From: Eubacteriales bacterium | GTDB lineage: Bacteria; Bacillota; Clostridia; Oscillospirales; CAG-272 | Length of the DNA: 64,000 bases | Reading direction: 5' to 3' | NCBI GenBank assembly: GCA_045656745.1 | Contig: JAZORT010000028.1 | Location: 8,862-72,861 of the forward strand | Shown: piece by piece, positions 1 to 8,178 of the stretch | How positions within the stretch are numbered: the first letter of the stretch is position 1 | Layout: each line of letters starts with the position of its first letter | The notes under the pieces: model-generated | The model's input: only the letters and a program-made list of their open reading frames with translations | Told to the model about the DNA's origin: nothing | The model's database searches: none | Position numbers and translations under genes: made by a program

Positions 1-268
1 TTTTAGTTCCGTCGGTAAGCAAACGCGTATAATAGTTCTCGTTCATCAGCGCAAACGATAAATCCTCTGCAAGCTCGTAATTTTCATTACCGGCAACGAA
101 CAGGTAGATATCCCCCTTGTCCGCCGAAGAATCGTTTGCGTTATTATCGGTGCTTTCGCCGGCATTATTACCTGCGTTCGCGTTCTGTGCGTTATCCCGC
201 TTTGCTTTGCACGAGACGATAAGCAAAAGACATAAAACGAGAGTTAGTAATGTAAATATTTTTTTCAT
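1..268 (-). CDS. lipoprotein, N-terminal part only (gene runs off the left edge)
   Basis: Reverse-strand ATG at 266-268 follows GAAAGGAG. Translation MKKIFTLLTLVLCLLLIVSCKAKRDN... gives a signal peptide plus lipobox (LIVSC), then an N/D/S-rich linker. The frame stays open to position 1. Absent from the ORF track because it is truncated. Confidence 0.6.
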   Translation of the reverse strand, partial: MKKIFTLLTLVLCLLLIVSCKAKRDNAQNANAGNNAGESTDNNANDSSADKGDIYLFVAGNENYELAEDLSFALMNENYYTRLLTDGTK

Positions 269-360
269 AAAGGGCTCCTTTCGTACATATGCAAAACTTA
301 CAAAACATACGGGATAGCCGCACTTCTTAATAAAATGGGCTATCGCTTATGCTTTTTTAG

Positions 361-392
361 AAAAGCGGGGGATCGGATCGATCCCCCGACAA
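361..392 (-). terminator. intrinsic terminator downstream of the 397..1854 gene
   Basis: Hairpin cgggggatcg/cgatcccccg with a 3-nt loop (366-388), followed on the reverse strand by a short T run. It lies a few nt after the stop codon at 397-399. Confidence 0.5.
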
Positions 393-396
393 AAGA

Positions 397-1854
397 TTAT
401 TTCTGGTAAAGTGCAAGGTTGTCTATATAGAAGGTTCCGGAGAGTGCGCCGTTTGCCCAGGTTTCAAAGGTGAGAACGGAATCGGGCGCAACGCAGGTTT
501 CGGTTGCTTTGGACAGCGACTGAATGGTTTCGCCGGTTTCGGAGTTAACTATTTCAAGAGTACAAAGTGCGCTTGCGGCAGCCTCACCCTCAGCGGGTGT
601 ATATTCATAGGTGTAACGAATGGTGAAGTTAAGCATTTTGCCTGCCTCACCTACGAGAGCTGATCCCGTAACGGTTGAGCCGCTGAGATAAAGGTTAACC
701 TGGTTTCTCGAGGACTGTGCCTGCATGGACATCTGTACTCCCGTACCGGTGCTTCCGGAGGTGGTAGCAAGAAGAGGACGGAAGTAAAGTATACCGTTAA
801 GCTGGCTGGGATCAACGGAAATGTCAGCTTCGAAAACAAGAGTATTCTTGCCGCTCTGAGTACCTGTGGGATAAATTCTTACACGCTCGGTATTTGCCGT
901 AGAATCGCAAACCACCTTTATCTTTCCATTTTCCCAAGACGTACCCACACGCATTGCAAACTTTGAGGTATCGGCAAGCTCATCTGCGGAATTAAGTCTG
1001 ATAATTCCCTTTTCGGCAGCACTCTCATCAACAACGAGCTTTACGGTCATATTTTCATCAACGGTAAGAGGATCACCTATGCCAAGCTCCGAAACTACCG
1101 CAACACCGTTAACGTATTTGGTTACTTCCCACATCTTGTTATCGGTATTTTCCGCAGCAAGGTTTGCGGTTTCGCCATCGAGATAGAAGCCGTATGCCTC
1201 TCCGTCAACAGTACCGCCGTTTACATAAACGTAGTTATATTCGTTGAAGAGGGGAACGTCGTTTGACGGATCGTTATCATTATAATTGATGAAGAGATCT
1301 TGCGCTCTCGAGCAATAGTCAAGGGTGTCGAGGTAAAGATTTTTCTGCACGAGTCCCTTGCCCTCGGTCTTTGTGATAAAGCCTTTTTTGTAAAGCATCT
1401 CATTAAGATAGCTTACTATGTTGTAGCCTATAATTTCACTCTTGTATTCTTCACCGTCAACGGTGTTTACCGCCTGAACGTATATGGTTTTATCCGCAAG
1501 CTTCGGAGCTATACCGATAGTTCTGAATATGTAGCACGGCGTACCGTTTACATTATAAATATATGTTCCGTCATCTTTGTTAACGGCGGGAGTTCTGGGA
1601 GTTTGAAGCTCGTTTTGTCCCGCTGCATCCTCGTAAACTCTAAGAGTGATGTTCGAAACATCAATTCCCTCCGCGGGAACTGCGAAATACATATGGAGAT
1701 TATCATCAAAGGAAACGTTCTTGCTGACAATCTCAGGTGTAACCGAGGTGTCTTCTGCCATTACGGTTACGCACATTGAAGCTGCCAAAATAAGGATAAC
1801 TGAAAGAATAGCAATTGCCGGTTTTAATGTTTTTTTGATTGTTTGTTTTTTCAT
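397..1854 (-). CDS. secreted protein: signal peptide, N-terminal domain shared with 25152..27221, one divergent beta-sandwich module
   Basis: I place the start at MKKQTIKK (1854), which follows AAAGGTG, not at the track start 1908. A hydrophobic signal/anchor AIAILSVILILAASMCVTVMA follows. The N-terminal roughly 230 aa align with the 689-aa protein (PEIVSKNVSF.. vs PVIVSQNVEY.., FINYNDNDPSND vs FNYDANPDNDRD, YVYVNGGTVDGEAYG vs YVYVADGAGTVDGTYAS). The C terminus LVFEADI...FYIDNLALYQK resembles the VFETDI...DNTY.G module. Confidence 0.8.
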   Translation of the reverse strand: MKKQTIKKTLKPAIAILSVILILAASMCVTVMAEDTSVTPEIVSKNVSFDDNLHMYFAVPAEGIDVSNITLRVYEDAAGQNELQTPRTPAVNKDDGTYIYNVNGTPCYIFRTIGIAPKLADKTIYVQAVNTVDGEEYKSEIIGYNIVSYLNEMLYKKGFITKTEGKGLVQKNLYLDTLDYCSRAQDLFINYNDNDPSNDVPLFNEYNYVYVNGGTVDGEAYGFYLDGETANLAAENTDNKMWEVTKYVNGVAVVSELGIGDPLTVDENMTVKLVVDESAAEKGIIRLNSADELADTSKFAMRVGTSWENGKIKVVCDSTANTERVRIYPTGTQSGKNTLVFEADISVDPSQLNGILYFRPLLATTSGSTGTGVQMSMQAQSSRNQVNLYLSGSTVTGSALVGEAGKMLNFTIRYTYEYTPAEGEAAASALCTLEIVNSETGETIQSLSKATETCVAPDSVLTFETWANGALSGTFYIDNLALYQK

Positions 1855-1898
1855 TTTTCTTTTTTCACCTTTCATAAAAATTGTTGTTTGAGCATAGC

Positions 1899-2033
1899 TT
1901 ACGTCCATCCATCAGATTCGAGATTTACTTCATCGTCGGTGGACGTCGATATTACGTCCGAAAAGCTGAGTAAAGTAATCAACAGATTGGGGTTTTCGTA
2001 GTCAAGCTTATTTTCCTTTTTTGCGGATTGCAC
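1899..2033 (-). CDS. unannotated small ORF (44 aa), paralog of 24929..25066
   Basis: GTG start at 2033 lies 7 nt after GAAAGGAG. Hand translation: (M)QSAKKENKLDYENPNLLITLLSFSDVISTSTDDEVNLESDGWT, stop at 1899-1901. It ends 44 nt upstream of the secreted protein start. It shares D-[VI]-I-[ST]-T-S and a C-terminal S-[DE]-G-W-T with the other small ORF. Confidence 0.55.
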   Translation of the reverse strand: MQSAKKENKLDYENPNLLITLLSFSDVISTSTDDEVNLESDGWT

Positions 2034-2365
2034 GAGGTTTCTCCTTTCTACACAACGTGTTATTTTATAATCGATCGGAATTCGTATTTATACCGATTTA
2101 TTATCCTATAAAATCTTAGAATTTCAAAGTTCTATTTAGATTGTTCGATTTGCACAAAATCAAGACTAATGTTTGTAAATTTGTAACAAACTCATAAACA
2201 AATCAAAATGAAGCTTTGGTATTCTAACATAATTGTACATAAATATCGAAAAAGAGTCAACTGCTATTTTTAATCAAAAAGCCAAAATTCTTAAGGTGTT
2301 TTGGTCATCACTTTCAAATTACCGCAAAAATACAAAGAAAAAGCCTTGTTTTTTAAAGATTGGGG

Positions 2366-2394
2366 TTGACTTTTCAGCCTAAAACCGCTACAAT
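2366..2394 (+). promoter_or_regulatory. sigma-A-type promoter for the AraC gene
   Basis: TTGACT (2366-2371), 17-nt spacer, TACAAT (2389-2394), about 40 nt upstream of the ATG at 2434. Confidence 0.45.
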
Positions 2395-2433
2395 GATTGT
2401 AGACTCGAAAGATGAAAGGAGACTTTTGGTTTC

Positions 2434-3252
2434 ATGAGCGAATTTGACTATGGAGCGGAATATGCGGTTTTTGATTCGTTTGGAATATCCGGAATTATGT
2501 ATGAGACAGAATGTACTTTGCATAAGGCGCAAAAGAGTTTTTCACGCTATTCCATGATATATGTTACCGATGGCAAAGGTCTTCTTCATACAAAATCGAT
2601 TTCTAAGAATTTATTAGTGGGCAGCGTTGCCATTATCCCACCTTCCAGTGATTGGAGTGTTGAAAACATCGGTGGATTGAAATACATCCGCGTTATTTAT
2701 TTTGGAACCGAAGCAAAACAGCTTGCAAATCAATTCGGAATCAAAAGAACGGTTAAAATTTATTCGGGACTTACCGATCTTGCCGAGCTGTGGGAGCCTT
2801 GTATTCAGCTACCTAACAACATTGCAGTCATAAGATGCAAGGGATTGGTATACTATACCTTCTCGGAAATAGAACGCCTTACCGCCAGCGATTCGGCGGC
2901 GAAGGATGCCCCCGATACCGCTCATAAAATCAAATCGTTTATTGATAACAATTTCACAGATAGCGAGCTTAACCTTAATTACATAAGTGAAAAATTATCC
3001 TACCATCCTAATTATATATCTTCCGTATTTACTGAGGAATTTAATCTAAGCGTAGTAAAATATATAAATATCCAGCGTATTCGGCACGCCTGTTTTCTTA
3101 TGGAGCAAGGAGCTGCTTCTGTCAAAGAAATCGCCTATCTTTGCGGATATGATAATGCCGATTATTTTTCCTCCGTTTTCAAGGCTCAAATGGGAGTTAC
3201 CCCAAAGAACCACATGAAGCACTTACTGATGAATATCAATACCGATTATTAA
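2434..3252 (+). CDS. AraC family transcriptional regulator (cupin-like N-terminal domain plus HTH)
   Basis: C-terminal AraC HTH signature: IQRIRHACFLMEQGAASVKEIAYLCGYDNADYFSSVFKAQMGVTPKNH. RBS GAAAGGAG upstream. Confidence 0.9.
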   Translation: MSEFDYGAEYAVFDSFGISGIMYETECTLHKAQKSFSRYSMIYVTDGKGLLHTKSISKNLLVGSVAIIPPSSDWSVENIGGLKYIRVIYFGTEAKQLANQFGIKRTVKIYSGLTDLAELWEPCIQLPNNIAVIRCKGLVYYTFSEIERLTASDSAAKDAPDTAHKIKSFIDNNFTDSELNLNYISEKLSYHPNYISSVFTEEFNLSVVKYINIQRIRHACFLMEQGAASVKEIAYLCGYDNADYFSSVFKAQMGVTPKNHMKHLLMNINTDY

Positions 3253-3267
3253 CTTTTGTTATAAAAT

Positions 3268-3312
3268 AAAAGCGATTGCCACTCCAGCTCGGACATTGCA
3301 ATCGCTTTTATA
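3268..3312 (+). terminator. intrinsic terminator after the AraC gene
   Basis: Stem agcgattgc (3271-3279) pairs with gcaatcgct (3298-3306), followed by a T-rich run. Confidence 0.5.
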
Positions 3313-3413
3313 AATAGTTGCTTATTATTTTCGGCTTTTTTCTTTATATTTTCGGTTTACACAAATAAAACTTCATGGTAAAATTATATAAAAAACAAGT
3401 TAGGGAGAGAACT

Positions 3414-5480
3414 ATGTGTGAAAAAGAACATTCCGTAAAATTGCTTAATGCCAAAGATTTTGGAGCATCCGGTTCTACATTCGAAGCGGTGGCAACTACT
3501 GTTTCGGGAAGGCGTAGAATAGACGTTGATAACATAGGTGATTTTTCCGTGGGTGATGAGGTGATTCTCAACAACGGATATTCTCACCACGTTTGCGAAA
3601 TGTTTATGGACAGACGCGATACTTCACCGATAAATCCAAGACCGTGGCAGCACGGAGCTCTTCTTAATGGCAGAGTTGAAATGCGCGGAACGCCCTCCGA
3701 TGAGTGGGTGGCCTATTTTATAGACCTTTACCCGGAAGAGCCTAATGTTTTTCGCTGGACCAAAGATTACGGCAGAACCTGGCACGAGAGCATTCCCATT
3801 ACCGAGGGCTGGATAGATCTTGACGGTGACGTTGAGGTCAAAATAGGAAGCTTTGCGGAGAGGGAGTGGGGATGCACGGCTATAATCGTTTGTTCTACTA
3901 GGCTTGTTGCTACAATAGAACGCATCGATGGAAATTCGCTTTATCTGTCAAAGGAAGCAAATCTTGATTCCAAGTGCGTTATTCGCCATTCCGATACAGC
4001 GGCAATTCAAAGAGCGATTGATGCGGCAATCAAAGAAAACAAGGGGGTATTTCTCCCTAACGGAAGATACCGCCTGACCTCTTCGCTTGTTATAAAGGAT
4101 GCGGAAGGATTTACGTTTGAGGGTGAGAGCGGAGTAAACACTATACTCGACAACTCCCTCGGCGCTGTAGGAGCCGAAACCTACGTCGGCTCTTGCTTGT
4201 ACGTAGAACGAGGAAAAGAGGTTAATATAAAGAATCTCTTTATGGTAGGTTGCGCAGGCTTCGAAGAGCGCGATCAATGCACAAATCTTCGTCCGAGAGG
4301 CGGAGATAGTGTCTGGGGCTTCTATTTTCATAAATCCAACGCAACCTGCGTGATCGATACCGAGAGAGTCTACATTGAAAATTGTCACGCAAGACGTATG
4401 TCCGGCGAATGCTTTTACGCAGTAGGTCAAAGACGTACTCCTCCCGATCCCGATCCGGAGTTTTACACGAAAAGCATAACTTATATGCGCTGTTCGGTAG
4501 AAGATTGCGCCAGAAACGCATTTAATACCGCTATACAGTCGGAACGCACTTCTCTGCTTTATTGCAGAATAAAAGACGTTGGCGGATGCGCCTGGGAGGG
4601 ATCGTCAAGATTTACTAATATCGAGGGCTGTTATTTCAGAAACGCCGGCTCGATAGGAATCGGAAACTCCAGAAGACGTAATATATTCCACGAATATCTT
4701 ACCTGCGGTCAGCATCATATTTCCGGCAACTTTTTCGAAAGCGGGTGTTCCTACAGCAAAGCTATGATAAGAGTTGGAGCAGCCGCAGCTCAGGTTATTA
4801 TTACAGGCAATAGCTTCATCAACTTTAATTCAGACGCAATTCATTCATTCGGCGAAGGCGGTGTAGTTGATCTTCCGTCCGAGAACGTCATAATATCGTC
4901 GAATGCTTTTGATATGACTGCAACAGAAAATGAGTCAGAGTCTCGCTGTGCAATAAGAATAACGAACAATTTCGTAACCGTATCGGATAACCAGATATAC
5001 GTAAGAGGCGAATGTGATAAAAACGTTAACGGAATTGAAATATCCGACGACGTAACAAGACTTCAGATACACGATAACACTATTGCAGGCTGCGGCAAAG
5101 CAATCGTTTCTGAAAAGGTTATCGGAAAGGTCGGAAGAGTGGCAGACGAAAAAACGTTTTACCGTGAGGAAGGCCGCCAAGGCGACGAAACCAAGCCGAT
5201 GCTTCTCCGCCGCAGATCTCATCTTTACCGCGGATGGACGCTTGAGTGGCTTAAGGACGGCTCAAAGTCGAAAATTGATTTCTTTGATGCCGAAAAGCTC
5301 ACCTTTAATCTTAAAGAGCCTAAAACAATCGAGGTTGGCGATGAATTTATGATCTACTCCGACGTAAGCGCTCCTTGGAATATTCACGATAACATTATAG
5401 ATGATTGTGAAACTCCTCTTGCTCTTGATACAGAGGCAGGAAAATGTGCCGTACTTAGGAACAACATAATACATAACTAA
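3414..5480 (+). CDS. right-handed parallel beta-helix protein (pectate-lyase superfamily-like), no signal peptide
   Basis: Start moved to the ATG at 3414, which follows TAGGGAGAG. Motifs LNAKDFGASGS and AIQRAIDAAIKENKGVFLPNGRYRLTSSLVI are typical of pectate_lyase_3-type N termini. The remainder is repetitive and rich in G, N, I and V, like beta-helix coils. Confidence 0.7.
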   Translation: MCEKEHSVKLLNAKDFGASGSTFEAVATTVSGRRRIDVDNIGDFSVGDEVILNNGYSHHVCEMFMDRRDTSPINPRPWQHGALLNGRVEMRGTPSDEWVAYFIDLYPEEPNVFRWTKDYGRTWHESIPITEGWIDLDGDVEVKIGSFAEREWGCTAIIVCSTRLVATIERIDGNSLYLSKEANLDSKCVIRHSDTAAIQRAIDAAIKENKGVFLPNGRYRLTSSLVIKDAEGFTFEGESGVNTILDNSLGAVGAETYVGSCLYVERGKEVNIKNLFMVGCAGFEERDQCTNLRPRGGDSVWGFYFHKSNATCVIDTERVYIENCHARRMSGECFYAVGQRRTPPDPDPEFYTKSITYMRCSVEDCARNAFNTAIQSERTSLLYCRIKDVGGCAWEGSSRFTNIEGCYFRNAGSIGIGNSRRRNIFHEYLTCGQHHISGNFFESGCSYSKAMIRVGAAAAQVIITGNSFINFNSDAIHSFGEGGVVDLPSENVIISSNAFDMTATENESESRCAIRITNNFVTVSDNQIYVRGECDKNVNGIEISDDVTRLQIHDNTIAGCGKAIVSEKVIGKVGRVADEKTFYREEGRQGDETKPMLLRRRSHLYRGWTLEWLKDGSKSKIDFFDAEKLTFNLKEPKTIEVGDEFMIYSDVSAPWNIHDNIIDDCETPLALDTEAGKCAVLRNNIIHN

Positions 5481-5484
5481 AAAA

Positions 5485-5525
5485 GGGGCTGTCTCAAATT
5501 TTGCATTTGAGACAGTCCCTTTTCA
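5485..5525. terminator. bidirectional terminator between convergent genes
   Basis: A 15-bp stem ggggctgtctcaaat / atttgagacagtccc (one mismatch) with loop tttgc. It is flanked by an A run upstream and a T run downstream. Confidence 0.6.
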
Positions 5526-5527
5526 TA

Positions 5528-6457
5528 TTAAAAAACAACTGCGGGAAGAACTACCGAAAGAATGGCGAATACAGTGGCGATAATAGTGTATCTGTTGAGT
5601 TTTTCCCCTATAATCGGAGTTGCGACGGCAACAGCCGCAAAGGCAAATGCGGAAGAGAGCGGAGTATATATCGAAACGTCCATCATACCAAGCAAAAGCA
5701 ACTGAACAACAGAGTTAATGTTTGAGTTTAACGTGGTAACCGCTGAGTAAATTGTTTTTTTGCTCTTTACCATTTTCCATAAATCGGAAGGCTTGATTTT
5801 ATCTCGCTTCATAGTAAACGGAAGAACGGGCAGAACTAAAAATGCACTGAATATATTCGTAATAAAGAAGAACGAATTCTGGTCAGTAACATTCGTGTCA
5901 GCAGAGTAGTACTTTAAAACCGCCGTACTCGCAGCGCCAATAAGAGACATAAAAGCAAGTGTTGATAAAACAATTATGAGCTTTTTTCTTTTTTCAGTTT
6001 TGCTTTCGTTTTCAGCTTCAGTTTTAGCTTTGTTGCTATTCCTGCCAATAAACATAACCGCAGTAGCACAAAGCATCATCACCACTCTTAACAATTTCTC
6101 GACAGTGACGACTTCACTAAAAAGAAACATTCCCATCAGTAGTGAAAGGATTAAGCTCATACTACCTGAAACAAAGCTTATAAAAGCAAAGGAAGCATAA
6201 TTGTATACGAATACCGACGGTATGAGAGAAATGATAACTATAATACCGTATATCAATCCGTAAAGTACTACAGTCCAGTTGAATTCAAGATTAAATCCGT
6301 TTAACGCCCAAAAATAAAATAGTGCAAACAAGCTTGTTTCAAACACATAGAATAAAGAACCCGTAATACCGTTCACCGAAAAAGCGGTGCTGTTCTTTTT
6401 TCTCATTACGTCGCTTAATATTCTAGATAAGAAATGTATTCCAAATAGTATGTACAT
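5528..6457 (-). CDS. polytopic membrane protein, DMT/EamA-like transporter (about 10 TM)
   Basis: Start placed at MYILFGIHF (6457), which follows GGAGAA. Hydrophobic segments run throughout, with a central charged loop (KAKTEAENESKTEKRKK) separating two 5-TM halves as in the DMT superfamily. Confidence 0.65.
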   Translation of the reverse strand: MYILFGIHFLSRILSDVMRKKNSTAFSVNGITGSLFYVFETSLFALFYFWALNGFNLEFNWTVVLYGLIYGIIVIISLIPSVFVYNYASFAFISFVSGSMSLILSLLMGMFLFSEVVTVEKLLRVVMMLCATAVMFIGRNSNKAKTEAENESKTEKRKKLIIVLSTLAFMSLIGAASTAVLKYYSADTNVTDQNSFFFITNIFSAFLVLPVLPFTMKRDKIKPSDLWKMVKSKKTIYSAVTTLNSNINSVVQLLLLGMMDVSIYTPLSSAFAFAAVAVATPIIGEKLNRYTIIATVFAILSVVLPAVVF

Positions 6458-6683
6458 CAGTAGTTCTCCATAAGTTTTTTTACATAACACTTGAGAGTTT
6501 TGCCTACAATAATTTTAGCACAAACAAAGAAAAAATGTAAACAACTAAAACTAATACAAATACTTAAAATTTTAAGAATTGTTTTTCTTCTAGGTTTATT
6601 CATTCTTGATCTATAATCTTTTGAACATTCGACCCTTAGCGTTTATTCTTTGTTTTCAGTGGTAAAAAATTGTTGTTAATGAC

Positions 6684-6725
6684 AGAATCCCGAAGAGCGA
6701 TCTCCGGGATTCTTTTGAGGTTTTA
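6684..6725 (+). terminator. orphan terminator-like hairpin in a long non-coding region
   Basis: Stem agaatcccg (6684-6692) pairs with cgggattct (6705-6713), followed by tttgaggtttt. There is no plus-strand CDS upstream. Confidence 0.3.
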
Positions 6726-6789
6726 AAAATAACACGCATAAAAAAATTACTTAACTTTTTGAGTATGAAGAGTTAAAATATATGTGGAG

Positions 6790-6818
6790 TTGAATCTTCT
6801 TTCGAGTTTTGGTAAAAT
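6790..6818 (+). promoter_or_regulatory. candidate extended -10 promoter with no CDS downstream
   Basis: TTGAAT (6790-6795), 17-nt spacer ending in TGg, then TAAAAT (6813-6818). Confidence 0.4.
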
Positions 6819-6825
6819 CGGCTTG

Positions 6826-7252
6826 ACCACATTTTTGACCATTTACAGAATTTTTCTGTGTGGCAACGGACGGACGTATTGGTCAAAAATGTGAAAAATT
6901 GCGGAATATACGGTTTATTTTAGAGCAGATTTGCTTATTTTGCATTTTAGAATGTCTTTGGGAGCACGATGTCAAAGGTAGCGTAGCGGCGCGAGGTGTT
7001 AGAAAACAACTAAGTGTTGTTTTCCCCGAGCGTGACCGAGCCCGCAGGCGAGAGTCAAATCCTGTCATTTCGACCAAAAAAGAGAAATTAGCCCTTGTGG
7101 TTATTTTCTCTTTTTTTACTTTGATGTGCCTGTTCGAAGCTGTTTTGCAAAGCGAAAGCAGGTTCGCATACCGCTTGCGGTATCTGCGTAGCATACCCTG
7201 TCATTCCGACCATCAATAGACGTTTGTCAAACAGTGTCAAACGTCTTTTTTA
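6826..7252 (+). ncRNA. candidate non-coding transcription unit (about 430 nt), family unknown
   Basis: Bounded by the promoter at 6790-6818 and the hairpin plus T6 terminator at 7219-7251. The only ORF (6860..7219) starts at GTG without an SD and is Cys/Arg-rich junk. Internal helices: cacatttttgacca (6829-6842) pairs with tggtcaaaaatgtg (6880-6893); aaaacaac pairs with gttgtttt; aaaaaagagaaa pairs with tttctctttttt. Confidence 0.3.
7219..7251 (+). terminator. intrinsic terminator (plus orientation) overlapping the AraC stop codon
   Basis: Stem gacgtttg (7219-7226) pairs with caaacgtc (7238-7245), followed by tttttt (7246-7251). In the reverse orientation no T run follows the hairpin. Confidence 0.5.
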
Positions 7253-8047
7253 TTTCATGTCAAATAGGGATCTCCTTATATCCAAAGCTGTTTTTCCCAA
7301 ATGGTATTTAAGGAATTTGTTAAAGAGCTCGACGGTGGGAAAGCCGAGGCTTTTGCCGATTTCTTCTATACTGCGCTCTTCTTTTCGGAGCATCGAGCTT
7401 GCTTGGGAGGCTCTTAGGCTGTCGATATATTCCTTTGCGGTCATGGCGCAGGATTTTTTTACAATTCGGCTCAGGTGATCCTTTGTGCAACCAAGCACCG
7501 AGGCTATTTCACAGACCAAAAGAGGCTCTGCGGAGTGTTCCTTACAATACTTACAAAAGCTGTCGAAGAGCCTTTCGGATTTATCGTATTTTTTCGAGCA
7601 AAGAAGTCCAAAAAGCAAATCGAGCAGTATGACCTCGCACCTTTCAACCGGGGCGCCTGAGACAAATTTTTCGTAAACTCTTACGAAATTCAGATCTTCA
7701 CCGCTCTCGGGAAAAAGAAGATTAATCCGCGACTCGGAGTCAAGGAATACCTCGGGCAGGCAGGAAAAGTCTATTTTATAGACCGCGCTTTTTTCTTTTG
7801 CGGTTATTTTTCTGCAAACATCGGCGCTTACTATTGCGCCATAACCGCGGTGCACTGTTGCACACTCTCCGCTAAGCTCGATTTCAATACTGCCGTCGGC
7901 AACGAAGATAAGAGACGTGTCGGAGGTAAAGCTCTCACGCAGGGGGGATTTATTATCTAAGGTATAGTATTCGCATTTTTTCAGGCTAAGCGAGGTGAAG
8001 CTTTTATTTCTGTGATAGGCGCCGTCTTCAAAGCAAAATTTTATCAA
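7250..8047 (-). CDS. AraC family transcriptional regulator
   Basis: C-terminal HTH: SVLGCTKDHLSRIVKKSCAMTAKEYIDSLRASQASSMLRKEERSIEEIGKSLGFPTVELFNKFLKYHLGKT. It is divergent from the GH32 gene. Confidence 0.85.
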   Translation of the reverse strand: MIKFCFEDGAYHRNKSFTSLSLKKCEYYTLDNKSPLRESFTSDTSLIFVADGSIEIELSGECATVHRGYGAIVSADVCRKITAKEKSAVYKIDFSCLPEVFLDSESRINLLFPESGEDLNFVRVYEKFVSGAPVERCEVILLDLLFGLLCSKKYDKSERLFDSFCKYCKEHSAEPLLVCEIASVLGCTKDHLSRIVKKSCAMTAKEYIDSLRASQASSMLRKEERSIEEIGKSLGFPTVELFNKFLKYHLGKTALDIRRSLFDMK

Positions 8048-8178
8048 GTCGTGTTTTTTCCTTTCGAGATGTATTTTTTCCGTTGATTTTTCGCAAATGA
8101 TGTGTTATAGTTATTATATAACACCTAACTTTGTTTTTCAAGTGCATCTTTAGTAAAAGTTTTGAAAAAGGAAAAAAC

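Noticed and set aside
1855-1908. Track start codon (1908, MDVSYAQ...) for the 397.. secreted protein
   Set aside because: That ATG lies inside the 3' end of the small ORF and has no SD. The downstream ATG at 1854 follows AAAGGTG and begins a canonical signal peptide.
7030-7076. Possible intact tRNA ending ...gtcaaatcctgtcatttcgacca
   Set aside because: No complementary 5' acceptor strand exists, no D or anticodon arm can be drawn, and the T stem does not pair. At best it is a degenerate 3' fragment.
6860-7219. 119-aa plus-strand ORF (and the antisense ORF 6883..7194) in the long intergenic gap
   Set aside because: It has a GTG start without an SD, and the sequence is Cys/Arg/Leu-rich and junk-like. 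The region is better explained as non-coding, as described in the ncRNA candidate finding.
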